A stretch of 64,000 nt of DNA. It comes from Anolis carolinensis. Lineage: Eukaryota. The notes beneath the pieces were generated by a model. The model saw only the letters and a program-made list of their open reading frames with translations, was not told where the DNA came from and did no database searches. Position numbers and translations under genes: made by a program. This document shows positions 38,108-49,969 of this stretch, piece by piece (position 1 is the stretch's first letter; every line of letters begins with the position of its first letter). The DNA is taken from contig NC_085843.1 of NCBI RefSeq assembly GCF_035594765.1, positions 263,601,971 to 263,665,970 on the forward strand. The letters run 5' to 3'.

Positions 38108-39609
38108 CTCTATATATCTGTAGATAGATAGATGATAGATATATAGATGCAAATGTTACAAAATTAGAAAGAAAATCCAAAATATGGAACACTTCTGGCC
38201 CAAGCCAATTTTGGACAAGGAATAATCAACTTGTACTGTATTTAGTAGTGGTTCGGTGCATTTAGCAATGGTTTACTGATGGAAATCAGCAGCAAACCAT
38301 AATGTTGATGTATTTACAATAACAAATTCCAGTTGGCAGTTTGAGAGGGTGCAAAAAGAGTCTTGGGCAACTGTATGTGAACCTGCTCTTTGCCTCTCTC
38401 CTGTACTGGCCTTTAGGGATCTCCATGGTACTGGCTTCGCTAATGGTAGTGAAAGTGTTGGTGATGGGAGGACAGCCATGATGGAGCTGGACATTCAACA
38501 TTCCCCTCTCCTTCCACTGACCATAATGAGTAGAAATTAATTGCTTGAGATTTGGGACTGGCTTATATTCAGGGTCTGTTTGGTCATGTATTGGGAGAAA
38601 GTCCTGCAGATTCACAACCTTCCTGGCACACAGTCGAAACAACTTGTTTGGATTGTAGATCTGGGAGGCCAGAAACAGCATCCTTCTACAGCTACACTAT
38701 TGGAAGACAACGATATGCTGTTCTATCAGTTGGCTCTTTGCTGGCCGAACAAGCTGGCACCTGAATCTTATTGTGCTTAAGCCACATTCTTGGAAATTGC
38801 AGGTTGGTTCCTTAATTTAACTTATATAGATTGTTTTATTGTCTTGGATTTACCTTTTCAAGTAGGTGCAGCTATTAATATCAAGAGGCTATATATTAAT
38901 ATATTGCAAGATGGCTGACACCATTGAAATATTTAGTTGGCAGATTGCAAGTTAGGGGCAGCAGAATTTGGGTAAGATTTTTTAAACTGCAACTTCCAGA
39001 ATCCCCAGCTAGCATAATTAGTAACATTTCCAAAGGTCTAGGTTATCTCTGTGGTGATTCTGTGGAAGTGAGATTATTATTTTGGGTAGACAATCCCCTT
39101 GAAGAAATTGGCTCCCTTTGGCAAGCTAATATAGAAACCTGGCCAGAATAAAATTAACAGCCAAGAAGACTAAATGGAAGCATCCACAGTTCATCTGATA
39201 GAAAAGTACAATCAAAATTAATTTTGGAAAGATGAACGCATTTTTCCCCAAAATTAATTCTAATTGTACTTTTCATATTGCGCTTTGGGCAGTCTAGGAT
39301 TTTCTAGGCTGTTCCCACTCATCTTTAAGACATTGAAAAACTATCAGTAATCTTCTGTTTCTCATATTCCATCACTCCCTATGGCTCTCCTTCCCTCTCC
39401 ATGAACCCTCCTACACTATTGAATCAGTACCGTTTGACACCACTTTAGCTGCTATGGCTGAATGCTATGGAGTCAAGGGAGTTGTTGTTTTACAAGGTCT
39501 TTGCCAAAGAGTATTGGTGCCTCACCAAACTACACATCCCAGGAGTCCATAGAATTGAGCCATGGCAGTTAAAGTCGGGTCAAACTATATTAAATTTTAC
39601 GGTATAGAC

Positions 39610-39688
39610 CAGGCATGGACAAATTTCGGCCTTCCAGGTCAACTCCCACAATTCAAACACCTGGAGGGCAGAAGTTTGCCCATGCCTG
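39610..39688. mobile_element. hAT MITE (same family as 16083-16187)
   Basis: CAGGCATGGACAAAT / AGTTTGCCCATGCCTG; TSD-like GTATAGAC/GTTTAGAT, with the right copy displaced by the Vingi insertion. Confidence 0.75.
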
Positions 39689-40076
39689 ACATATTTATTT
39701 ATTTAATATCAAAAGCATTACATAAATTAGTATAAAACTGATAAAAATAGAAGGAGCACAAAAAGGGGGACACAGAAAGAGCCTCCTCGAAGACTCTGTA
39801 AATATAGTCGGGCGTCCCCAGGGCAATGTTTCTTGCAAATGGCTAATCTTTTCAAACCCAAAAGCATTGCTTTTAAACATTTTAAATTGGAGGTGTGTTT
39901 TTTTTCCCCACCCACAAATAGATGAACACCAAAGGTCTTTATCAAGACCATTGCTAACAATTATGTCTATTAATATAGAAGGTTTGTCACTTGCTAAGGA
40001 AGAGCTACTGGCCAAAATGTCTGAGGACATTTCGTGTGGCATCTTATGTCTACAAGAAACACACAGAGACATCACA
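39689..40076. mobile_element. Vingi/Ingi-like LINE relic: inverted 3' tail joined to the 5' end (5' UTR and endonuclease N-terminus)
   Basis: The plus strand encodes TIMSINIEGLS..KEELL...ILCLQETH (APE motifs). A (TAAA)n tail lies on the minus strand at the left end, and the relic is flanked by ATGCCTG repeats. Confidence 0.7.
39765..39853 (+). ncRNA. HDV-like self-cleaving ribozyme fold at the LINE 5' end (possibly degenerate)
   Basis: P1 GGGGGAC/GTCCCCA, P2 GAAAGA/TCTTTT, P3 GCC/GGC, L3 TCCTCG, P1.1 CC/GG, GGGCAA junction, and J4/2 GGCTAA with the candidate catalytic C at 39843. Confidence 0.7.
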
Positions 40077-40216
40077 ATGCCTGGTTTAGATGCACCCTGA
40101 GAAATTACTTTAACTCCCATGGCTGCATTCTATAGAACACTGGGATTTCTAGTTTGGGGAGTGGTATTGAGAATTCCCATATGGAGAGCTGTAGTATCTT
40201 ACCAAACTATAATCCC

Positions 40217-40843
40217 GAGCCCAATTCAAGGTGCAGGTGCTTACCTACAAAGCCCTGAACGGTTTGGGACCATCCTACCTCCGTGACCACATCTCTGTCT
40301 ACGAACCCACGCGCTCACTTCGGTCATCTGGAGAAGCCCTGCTCGTGATCCCGCCTGCGTCGCAAGCGTGGTTGGTGGGGACACGAGACAGGGCCTTCTC
40401 TGTGGTGGCCCCCCGACTCTGGAACACCCTCCCCAAGGATCTCAGACAGGCCCCTACATTGGCAGTCTTCAGAAAGAACTTGAAGACCTGGCTGTTCCAA
40501 TGTGCCTTCCCAGATTAATAGGAAACCTCCAATACCAAGTCCTATAAGCACTTTATTAGAACTTAGATTGCATATCGCACCCTGCACTTGCCCTATAAGC
40601 CTTATATTTCACCTGTCACATCAGCACTTTTAATCTTGTACCCATTACTCTGGCCCGGCCCAGTTTTATTGTGTTTTAGCGTATTGTTTACTGCTGGTTG
40701 TTTATACTGTTTTAATTGTTTTAATTTGCCTTTTGTTTTGTATTGTTATATTGTGTGTTGAGGCCTTGGCCTTTGTAAGCCGCATCGAGTCCTTCGGGAG
40801 ATGCTAGGGGGGTACAAATAAAGTTTAATAATAATAATAATAA
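40217..40843 (+). mobile_element. L2 LINE 3' fragment
   Basis: ORF2 C-terminus QFKVQVLTYKALNGLGPSYL...RAFSVVAPRLWN.LP...FRKNLKTWLF; (TAA)n tail; probable TSD TAATCCC. Confidence 0.88.
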
Positions 40844-41058
40844 TCCCTATGATTCCACAGGGTATTGCCAGGACAGCTAAAGTGGCATCAAAGAGCTAAA
40901 ATGTGTCAGTATGAAAGTGGTCCGAGATTCTCAAAGATCTGAAGTCGTCTTTGCCTAAAGAGAAATTGCTTTGTCACAAATAAAAAAATACCAAAGATAT
41001 CGCTACCGTTTTTTGTCAGACCACCTACAGAAGAGCGCATCCAACTTTATAAGCTTAC

Positions 41059-41220
41059 CGGCTCTTTTAATCCGCTTCCTCTCCTTCAGCTGATAGGGCT
41101 TGTGATCGTGTGACAAAGGGATTGCGTTCCCATCCTTATCGCACAAGACGCCCCTCGAATCCCCAACGTTGGCCACCGTGAGCTCCTTATCTGACAGCAA
41201 GGCAATCAGACATGTCGTAC
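41059..41220 (-). CDS. PPM1L: PPM1L penultimate coding exon (162 bp)
   Basis: Encodes GTTCLIALLSDKELTVANVGDSRGVLCDKDGNAIPLSHDHKPYQLKERKRIKRAG, including the PP2C motifs ANVGDSR and DHKP. Acceptor CCCCTTCAG, donor G|GTAAGC; phase 1 on both sides. Confidence 0.97.
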
Positions 41221-42233
41221 CTGAAGGGGAACAGAAGTGGACGGGGAGGAGGGGAAAAGAAGAGACCATCAAGACAATGGAGCGGAAGTCACTGCCTCTC
41301 GCCGCATCCTCCTCTCCCCACCTGCGTTATCAGCATTCAGCAGCCACTGGGAGCGTCGATATCTGACCGAAACATCTAGTACGCCGATGACAGCCTATTT
41401 AATGGTGCTGATCAAAACTGACAGTCAATTTCTTCCCTTTGCAATAGTTTTTTAAAAGTAGATTTGATTTTTGGGTTGGCATTACAAGGGTCAGTCCTTC
41501 AGCACAACACTTCTCACCTGGCTTGTCATTGAGGTATAATTTGAAATGGCTGCAATGCAGAAAGTCTGTCAGGAGCAAGATTCAGAACAGAGCCCTACAT
41601 TAAGATAACTCTGATGGGAGACGGATGCTCTTATGTATAGAATATATACATTATTTGATCTTTCCTCCTCTCTCTCTCGCTCTGTCTCGCACACAAATAC
41701 TACACCTTGCAGTATGTTGTAAATGACAGAAGGAATGGGCTCTAAATTACAGAGAGCAGAAAGGGAAATATATTCCCAGTGATAATCTGACAGCTGTCTT
41801 CTCCCACTGGGCAAGGAGAGTAATAAGACAGAAAATTCCTATTGGCATATCAGTCTCCACAGAGCCTTCCCTGACTGACAGCAACTTGCATTTACAAAAT
41901 GTAGGAACAAACTATATCTGAGTTGGAGGTGACCTACTTGACCCCTGTCAAAGGGAGTACCATCAGGAAAGGCAGCTTCCATGCATCTGACCATGTTAAG
42001 ACTCATTATTATCCAGGAAAGGTAGACGGCATATCCTCTAAACACAAGAAACTGCCTTACTACATATTGATTTACTAACTATATTTATAGCTCACCTCTC
42101 CTTCGATTTAATCAGGATGGTATCCATGGTTCTCTTCCTTCCTACTTCAACCTTCCAACAGTCCTGAGAGGTAGCTTGGACTAAGTCTGGCTCAACACTA
42201 AAGAATTAATGCCATTTGACACCACTTTAACCA

Positions 42234-42637
42234 GGAGCCCCCGGTGATGCAATGGGTTAAACCCTTGTGCTGGCAGGACTGATGACTTGAAGGTTGGGTT
42301 GCTGACCTGAAGGTTGCCGGTTCGAATCCAACCCGGGGAGAGTGTGGATGAACTCCCTCTGTCAGCTCCAGCTCCATGTGGGGACATGAGAGAAGCCTCC
42401 CACAAGGATGGTAAAACATCAAAAATATCCAGGCATCCACTGGACAACGTCCTTATAGATGGCCAATTCTCTCAGACCAGAAGTGACTTGCAGTTTCTCA
42501 AGTCGCTCCTGACTGTCGCTCAGGACTGTTGGAAGGTTGAAGTAGGAAGGAATAGAACCATGGGTACCATCCTGATTAAATTGAAGGAGAGATGAGCTAT
42601 AAATATACAAAGTCGCTCCTGACATGGAAAACAACAA
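42234..42637 (+). mobile_element. tRNA/Vingi-type SINE carrying an internal inverted genomic insert
   Basis: GGAGCCCCCGGTG head, B box, and 11-bp TSD CACTTTAACCA (42223-42233 and 42638-42648). Confidence 0.9.
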
Positions 42638-42966
42638 CACTTTAACCACCATGGCACAATGCTATAGAAATCTGACATTTGCAATTTGGTGAGACTGGAC
42701 TCTTTGGTACAGAAAGTTAATGTCTTGTAAAACTACCACTCCCTTGATTCCATAGCATTGAGCCATATCATTAATTTTACAATATAGATGCTTCCTGAGA
42801 GACTACACACGACCCAAGGTCATCTTGTGAGTCCCAATGTAACTTATTACTATTATTATTACTAATTTATTTTATTTATATTCCACTTTATCTCTCTTAA
42901 AGAGATACAAAGCAGCAAACAATAAAAGCAAAACAACAATAAAAAATACACTATTATGTAGTGTAA

Positions 42967-43423
42967 GGCTGTGGCGCAGCTGGCTAGTAACCAGCTGCAA
43001 TAAATCACTACTGACCAAGAGGTCATGAGTTCGAAGCCCGGGTCGGGTTAAGCCCCCGACCATTAAATAGCCTGGCTTGCTGTTGACCTATGCAGCCCCG
43101 AAAGACAGTTGCATCTGTCAAGTAGGGAAATTTAGGTACGCTTTATGCGGGAGGCTAATTTAACTAATTTACAACATCATAAAACTGCCAGCAAAACACA
43201 AGGAAAGGAATGAGGAAGTACAGCCACTAGTGGACGGTGAAGCAACAGCTCCCCTTGTGGCCGGAATTGTGAAGCTGGAAAAAATGTTAAATGCCTCTGT
43301 GTCTGTCTATACTGCATGTTGTTTGTCTGTTGGCATTGAATGTTTGCCATATATGTGTTCATTGTAATCCGCCCTGAGTCCCCTTTGGGGTGAGAAGGGA
43401 GGAATATAAATACCATAAATAAA
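42967..43423 (+). mobile_element. tRNA-derived SINE with a LINE-type 3' tail
   Basis: A box GTGGCGCAGCTGG, B box GAGTTCGAAGCC, and tail CCGCCCTGAGTCCCC...TAAATAAA. Confidence 0.8.
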
Positions 43424-43660
43424 TGTTGTTGTGAGTTTTACAGGCTGTATGGCCATGATTCAGAAGCATTTCCTCCTGACATTTCACCCATATCTATTGC
43501 AGGCATCCTTGTGAGTTTCCCGGGCTGTATGGCCATGTTCCAGAAGCATTCTCTCCTGATGTTTCACCCACATCTATGGCAGGCTTCTGGAACATGGCCA
43601 CACAGTCCGGAAAACTCACAACCACCCAGTGATTTTGGCCATGAAAGCCTTCAACAGCAC
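43424..43660. mobile_element. Penelope-like pLTR relic: two tandem partial units plus an inverted unit
   Basis: Direct repeats GTGAGTTT..GGCTGTATGGCCATG..CAGAAGCATT at ~43431 and ~43511; inverted copy at 43583-43619. Confidence 0.7.
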
Positions 43661-44799
43661 AATACACTATTAATACATACTGATTCTGAGTTTTTATACA
43701 GTACATACTTAAGCAATCTAATTCAATTCTTTACAAATTCAGATAAAATATAAATTCTGAGTATTTGATTGCCCTTCCAAATATGGCACCAAAATGTATC
43801 ATGGAAATATGATATGTGCAATACAGTATCATAGGCCCTTGGCATCTGCTGGCATTTGGTTCAAGACCCTCTGTGGATCCCAGAATTATGGTTGCTAAAA
43901 TTCCATGATATACAATGGTGTCGTAAAATAGCATCACCTATTAAAAAGGGCAAAATCAAGATAGCTGAATCCATGGATGTTGGGGGAGCAAATGTACTCT
44001 TTTCAGCCCTACATTATAGTATAAAATATCTCAAAGCCTTCCTCTATGACAGGCTCTTATAAGACTTTGTTTCTAATAATCAAAACGTGAGCAATACATC
44101 ACACATTTTGCTATGCACAAAAACGTAACTTCATTCTTAATCCATCTCAGTTTGAATTGCAGAAATATCAATGGAATGGAGTCAGACTCACAAATCTTCT
44201 ACACTTGACCTATAAAGTGACTAATTATGACTTTCAGTGGCATCAGTAATACTGATCGTAGCAGTTAGGCAAAGCATTTCCTTTAGTTCTCTCGCTGTAG
44301 ACTTTTAAGACTGGAAATGCCATGCAGTGAATCTTCTGTATGCAAAGCATGCCATCTGAACACAGAAAGCCTGCCCCTCCATTCTGAGGATGCAAAGGCA
44401 CCAAGGAATTAAGGAAGCGACCTTGAAGAAAAGGAGGGCTTGAGGACGCAGCATTAAGTGATTCAGAGATCTCACAAGAAACATTTGCCCATCTGTTCTA
44501 AATCCTCATCTCTTTTATATTTCCAGGAAGGCTGGGGTGGGTGTCTCTTATTGCCTTTCGGCTGGCAGGTGAAAACCTTTCTGTTCAACTAAGCTTTGAA
44601 TTCCCGATATGCTTGTTTGTTTTGACATTTCGACCAGGCCTACACTGATAGAAATCTTGAAGAATTATACTGTTTATTATTAGAATTAGGCGTATTTCCA
44701 CAAAAGCGTCAAATCGGAAATAACGGCTAAAGAGTACCTTAATGTCAAGACTTAGCAGCTCCCTGTCCCTATTTTGCTTTAGAGTAAATATAAGTGCAA

Positions 44800-45320
44800 T
44801 GCCCTAAAAGCACCAGATCCCGTCTATCTGGTCTTAGAGGTTAAGCAAGGTCAACCCCGGTTAGTACCCAGGTGGGAGATGGAGAACAAATACTAAGTGA
44901 TATAGGTTGTATTTCAGAGGAAGGAACAGGCAAAAACGCCTCTAAGGATTCCTTACCTTAAAAAAATTCTATAAAATTCATGGAGCCAGTCTAAGTTTTT
45001 TTTCGTGTCAGAAGCGATTTGAGAAACCGCAAGTCACTTCTGGTATGAGAGAATTGGCCGTCTGCAAGGACATTGCCCAGGGGACGCCCGGATGTTTTGA
45101 TGTTTTACCATCCTTGTGGAAGGCTTCTCTCATGTCCCTGCATGGAGCTGGAGCTGACAGAGGGAGCTCATCCGTGCTTTCCCCGGATTGGATTCGAACT
45201 GGCAACCTTCAGGTCAGCAACCCAACCTTCAAGTCAGCAGTACTGTCGGCACAAGGGTTTAACCCTTGCACCACCGGGGGCTCTGCCGTCACTGGAAGCA
45301 GACAGGTTACTTGAATATAA
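44800..45320 (+). mobile_element. 5S rRNA-derived SINE (degenerate), interrupted by a younger SINE
   Basis: GCACCAGATCCCGTCT...TTAAGCAAGGTCAACCCCGGTTAGTAC...GGTGGGAGA resembles 5S rRNA, and the TATTTCAGAG body junction is shared with the 3806 copy. Confidence 0.65.
44996..45284 (-). mobile_element. tRNA/Vingi-type SINE
   Basis: Homologous to 22777-23035 and 42234-42513. Confidence 0.9.
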
Positions 45321-46526
45321 GTGGCATAATCTAAATTGGAAACCTAGCCTAGGTTTTAACTCTTTCTCCCTGTTATCACTGCATTGAAAATGAAACCGTG
45401 TGTATTGCATATTCACTCTGATCTGGCAGCACAATGTGTGTGAGGAAGGTTAAATCCTTGTGTTTAGAGCTAACATCTGGATTCGATGTCTGCACCTTCT
45501 CTGGACTAAAGTAAAAGAGAAAAGAAAATAAGAGATGCAAAGTTGCTTGCTGCAACTTTAATGCCAATTCTGGCCCTAAGCAGCGATTAAACATTTCCAA
45601 GGAACACACCTGACATTTAACTTGACTTATTCGAGGACTGCTGAAATTAATTTATTTCCACACCATCACAATTCATGTTCCAGTTTATCATTTAACGGTA
45701 AATAAAATTAATTTCATGCTTGCTTTCTTTTCCTTTTATGTGGGCCAGAGGAGTGCAAGGTGAATTTTCACCTCCGTTAGTTAATTTACATCTGATTATT
45801 CATAAGACTGAGACATCTGTCTTTGCATATAATGGAGACTTGGAAGGAGAAAAAAAATATTAGCCATGCTGGAAAAGGTTATGAAAAACCCTTGTTAATA
45901 TATGCATGGAAAGGAAAGAAATATAAAGGAGTAACTGGAACACACAGTGAATTGCATATCCTGATCTTAAAAACGGAGGTGCTACTCCAAGCCCGTAACA
46001 TGAAAGCAGTGGTATCACATTGGGAAAAACAAAAGAATTTGTGTAGTGCTATTAGAATAGGAGTAACGCCTATTCTAAATCTTCATTTGCTGGTGCATTA
46101 AATCCACAGTCTGAGATATAAAGCTGAGAGGCGCTTTCAAACGACTGAGTGAAATCTTCTGGATTCAGTAGCTTTATACAGGGTTTCATGCCTTCCAATT
46201 ATGTGTTAAGGGGGCAATACTTTGTTCATATCCCTGTCCTTTCCAGCTCTACTTTTGCAGAGAAACAGCAAGGTGTATTGGTTTGAGTGTTGGATTGGGA
46301 TTCTGGGAGACCAGAGTTCAAATTTTCACTCAGTTATAGAAACCCATGAACATGGGTAAGTCATGCTCTCTCACAATGTGTCTGCACTGTAGAATTAATG
46401 CAAATTGACTCCACGTTAACTGCCATGACTGAATGCTATGGAATCCTGGGATTTGTAGTTTGGTGAGGAACAAACACTCTTTGGCAGGGAAGGCTCAAGA
46501 TCTCATAGTGGGGTCAGATCGCATTA

Positions 46527-46849
46527 CAGTAGAGTCTCACTTATCCAACACTCGCTTATCCAACATTCTGGATTATCCAACGCATTTTTGTAGTCAATGT
46601 TTTCAATATATCGTGATATTTTGGTGCTAAATTCATAAATACAGTAATTACTACATAGCACTACTGCGCATTGAACTACTTTTTCTACCAAATTTGTTGT
46701 CTAACATGATGTTTTGGTGCTTCATTTGTAAAATCATAACCTAATTTGATGTTTAATAGGCTTTTCCTTAATGCCTCCTTATTATCCAACATATTCGCTT
46801 ATCCAACATTCTGCCGGCCCATTTATGTTGGATAAGTGAGACTCTACTG
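46527..46849. mobile_element. Tc1/mariner-type MITE
   Basis: Perfect TIRs and TA TSD; paralog of 23292-23609. Confidence 0.92.
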
Positions 46850-48914
46850 TATCATGGGCCAGCCCATGAATGGCCCTGCTTCTCCTTCCATACATAGCTA
46901 CTTTTGTCTGTTTGCATATAAAGGATTCTGGTAGCACATTTGAAAGTAACTTGGAAAAAAGGAATCTGTACCACAAACTTGACTTTATCAAGTAAGCTCC
47001 ACTTATGCTGTGTCTTATTTTCAAAGAAAACTTGGGTAAGGGATCGATGTTGATGATATACCAGCAAATTTAGCAACAGCAATGCTCTATGGACAGTAAA
47101 AATGGCTGGAGGAGACATGCACCTCATGGGAAGGACACATACACTGCTCACTCCTGTATATATTATGTCTATCACTTAGTAATCCCCATTGAACTCATTG
47201 GAACTAAGAGAGAGATACACATACCTACACGTACCTTATTCTCAGGTAAGTGCATATAGGGATGTAATCATAGTTTTAACACTTTTAAATGGCAAAATTA
47301 TCAGCGTATTTCTCCTATCGATTTTAGTTCTACATTTTCTTATCTATAGCAAAAACTACTTATTAGATAATAATGAGAAGCTAATTATAAATAACTAAGA
47401 TACTGGAGTGTTTTTAGAAAAAAAAACTTTCATTTTGCCTTTGGCCTCACCTCAAAAACAGAATTTTATGAGGAATCTAGACTCCATCATCTCCCATTTG
47501 TAAATTCTCCTGGTTTTCTGCCAGTTCTACCAAGAACTATGTATATACCTGAAATTAGACCAAGTAACTTGACACATATTTTTTTGTTCACATTTACTTC
47601 TGATGCAGAATGTGTTTTGTATTTTTCCCAACCACCGTGTTCCGAAAACTGGGAAAACACACCAGCAGGATGGTAATTTTCATTTTGATTCATGAAGCCT
47701 TGTGGTCGATAATTTGCTGCAGAGTTGACTAACAAAACTGCAGAGTTTGCATTATGCCCCTGACCTCACGTGGCAACCTTCCACCACAGGAGGAAGAAAA
47801 ACTATTTCACTTCGTTTTCTTCTCTGCTTTCACTCGCTTAACCTTGTATAATGCAAGAAAGAAAAAAAAAAAAAACAGTGGTCTTCTCAGTTGTCTCCAA
47901 ATCTTATTTAACGGCATGGTGGAAAATTCTGAACATAAAGGGTCGAAAATTGTGAACAGGTTTTGTTGTATTAGACCCCAGATAGTTTACCGAACAGCAA
48001 CCTGTGGTGTTGTTTGAAAAGGAAAGAAACCACTGGGAAATTTCAAACCTACATTATGCTAACTTGAAATGAAATAATGTAGGCTAGGAGCTGAAAATAG
48101 CAAATGAAAGACATATTCAAGACCATGTCAGTGGTCTCTTGAATTTGGGCAGATTTACAATAGATTGCTTCCTGTGCCCAAACGTTCCTATGTTGCCTCC
48201 CTTTCTTATTTTCTTTCTGGCACAGCTTGGAGAAAGAAACATGGTTCATGTTGGCTCGCTATTTGGCAAATACTAGATAAAATGACAACCCAATGACTTG
48301 CAGGATCAGTATTTGGAAAAAATATGATCTCAGCATGTGATATGGAGCACTGCATTCATGTTTGATAAGTCAGAGAAAAGCATGTGAGTGTTTGAAGATG
48401 CCACATAAGTCATGTTGCTTGATGAGACTTGTGAGGCAACAGAGACAGGGCCCAATGGTCACCAGAGGTAAAGCCAAAGACACATGCTTTTCTTTCCACT
48501 GTCAGGTAAATCAGCATTTAAATAACTGTGCACTGGAATAGTCTCCACAGGGGGAGGGAAGAAAATCATGTGTTTTTCGCAAGTGCAGGAATATACAGTG
48601 ATGTGAATATGCTCGTTTTCTGATCGGAATCGGGATATAAGTGAACCTTTTAGTCTGTGTTTTTTGTCCATTGCAGTGAAAAGTGTGGATTCACCAGTAG
48701 CGTTATATAGCCACCCCCCTTTTTACCTGGTAAATGCCATGCTTTAGGCGCTGTGTAGAAGGACCCTTAGATACACCACTCTATTAATTTGACCACAGAG
48801 CTTTCATCCTTGAAAAGAGGAAAAGAAAAAAAAAGGGGGGGGCAGAGCTAACCCCTCATCAAATCCACTCTACTACAAGCTGTGTACAGAAGTCCATATA
48901 ACTGAATAGAATGG

Positions 48915-49255
48915 ACTACTTCAGAGCATTTGGATAACGACAAACGGAGAAACAAATAAAAAGAATACTGTGCTAGGAGTTTACATCAGGCCACCAAACC
49001 AAGATGAATTAGTGGATGATGCTTTCCAGAGACAAATCTCAGAAATCAATGCATGAACTGTTAGTTATGGGGGGACCTCAATTATCCAGGAAGAGTAACT
49101 CTGCTAGCAACAGCCTCTCCAATAAATTCTATATAATTTCCCCTTTCAAAAGGGAAACAGGTCTAATAGTGTTATGTTACAGGAGGGTAGATTTCAATTG
49201 AACATGAGAAGAAACTCATGGACCACGAGGCCACTTCCAACTCAATTATTCTACA
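48915..49255 (+). mobile_element. Old, internally deleted CR1 remnant
   Basis: An endonuclease peptide, VLGVYIRPPNQDELVDDAF, lies close to CR1 3'-end-like sequence (CAGGAGGGTAGATTTCAATTGAACATGAGAAGAAAC...CTTCCAACTC). Confidence 0.6.
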
Positions 49256-49969
49256 CTTTCTCACTGCTTCTTATCACTCCCATCTGGAACCTCTGTTCAC
49301 TTAAGATTGTCTGAACATATGCAAACGACATGTGTGTGTTCAGTACTATGTTGTTTTAAGAAATCCTATAAATTCTGAGAAGCTCTACGATCAAAGTGAA
49401 AGAGGCCAAAGCTGAATTAATCAATAAAAAAGTAGCACTGATAGCTTTCTATTCCATCACAAAACTCTGACAGAATTACTGTGATTAAATGGAATCCTTC
49501 AATCTGTAGAGAACTACACTGCTGGACCTCTCCAAGAAATAATAAATTTGCTTTATAAAGAAAAAAACTGACATCCTAAAAGCTATATTCTGTTGTTATA
49601 GCAACTAATGCTCCCTAAATTACTATGATCAAGAAAATGCCACTGGCCTCAAATTACAAGGAGGTTTCTTCAAGTTTGGGGTCTATTTTCTATGCTGTCG
49701 GTCTGAACTGTCTTTTAATTAGCAAGAGCATACAGAGGAGGAAGAAGGGCAAAGGAGGAGGAGGAGGTGGCAAAGAAGGATATTATATTGTCAGTCAAAA
49801 CAAAATGCAAAAGCAAGGGGTGATAACCCAGCTGAACTCTATAAAAAGCTGGCATCAAATAATAGCATGCATTTTGCAATATCAGCCCAACCTATTTGGT
49901 ATTTGAGTTTTCATAAATAAAAAGCAAGTCAGTCCTGAATCTGGGATGGTTGTCAATGTGTATGCAGAG

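Larger units (their letters stand above)
36766..38233. mobile_element. Tigger/mariner-like MITE interrupted by a solo LTR
   Basis: Termini TA-CAAGTTGAGTATCCCTT ... TCAACTTG-TA. Confidence 0.7.

Noticed and set aside
37799-38131. Plus-strand Ser-rich 110-aa ORF in the solo LTR
   Set aside because: It is the antisense shadow of the acidic ORF (GAR/GAY codons read as Ser/Leu/Phe) and runs past the LTR boundary.
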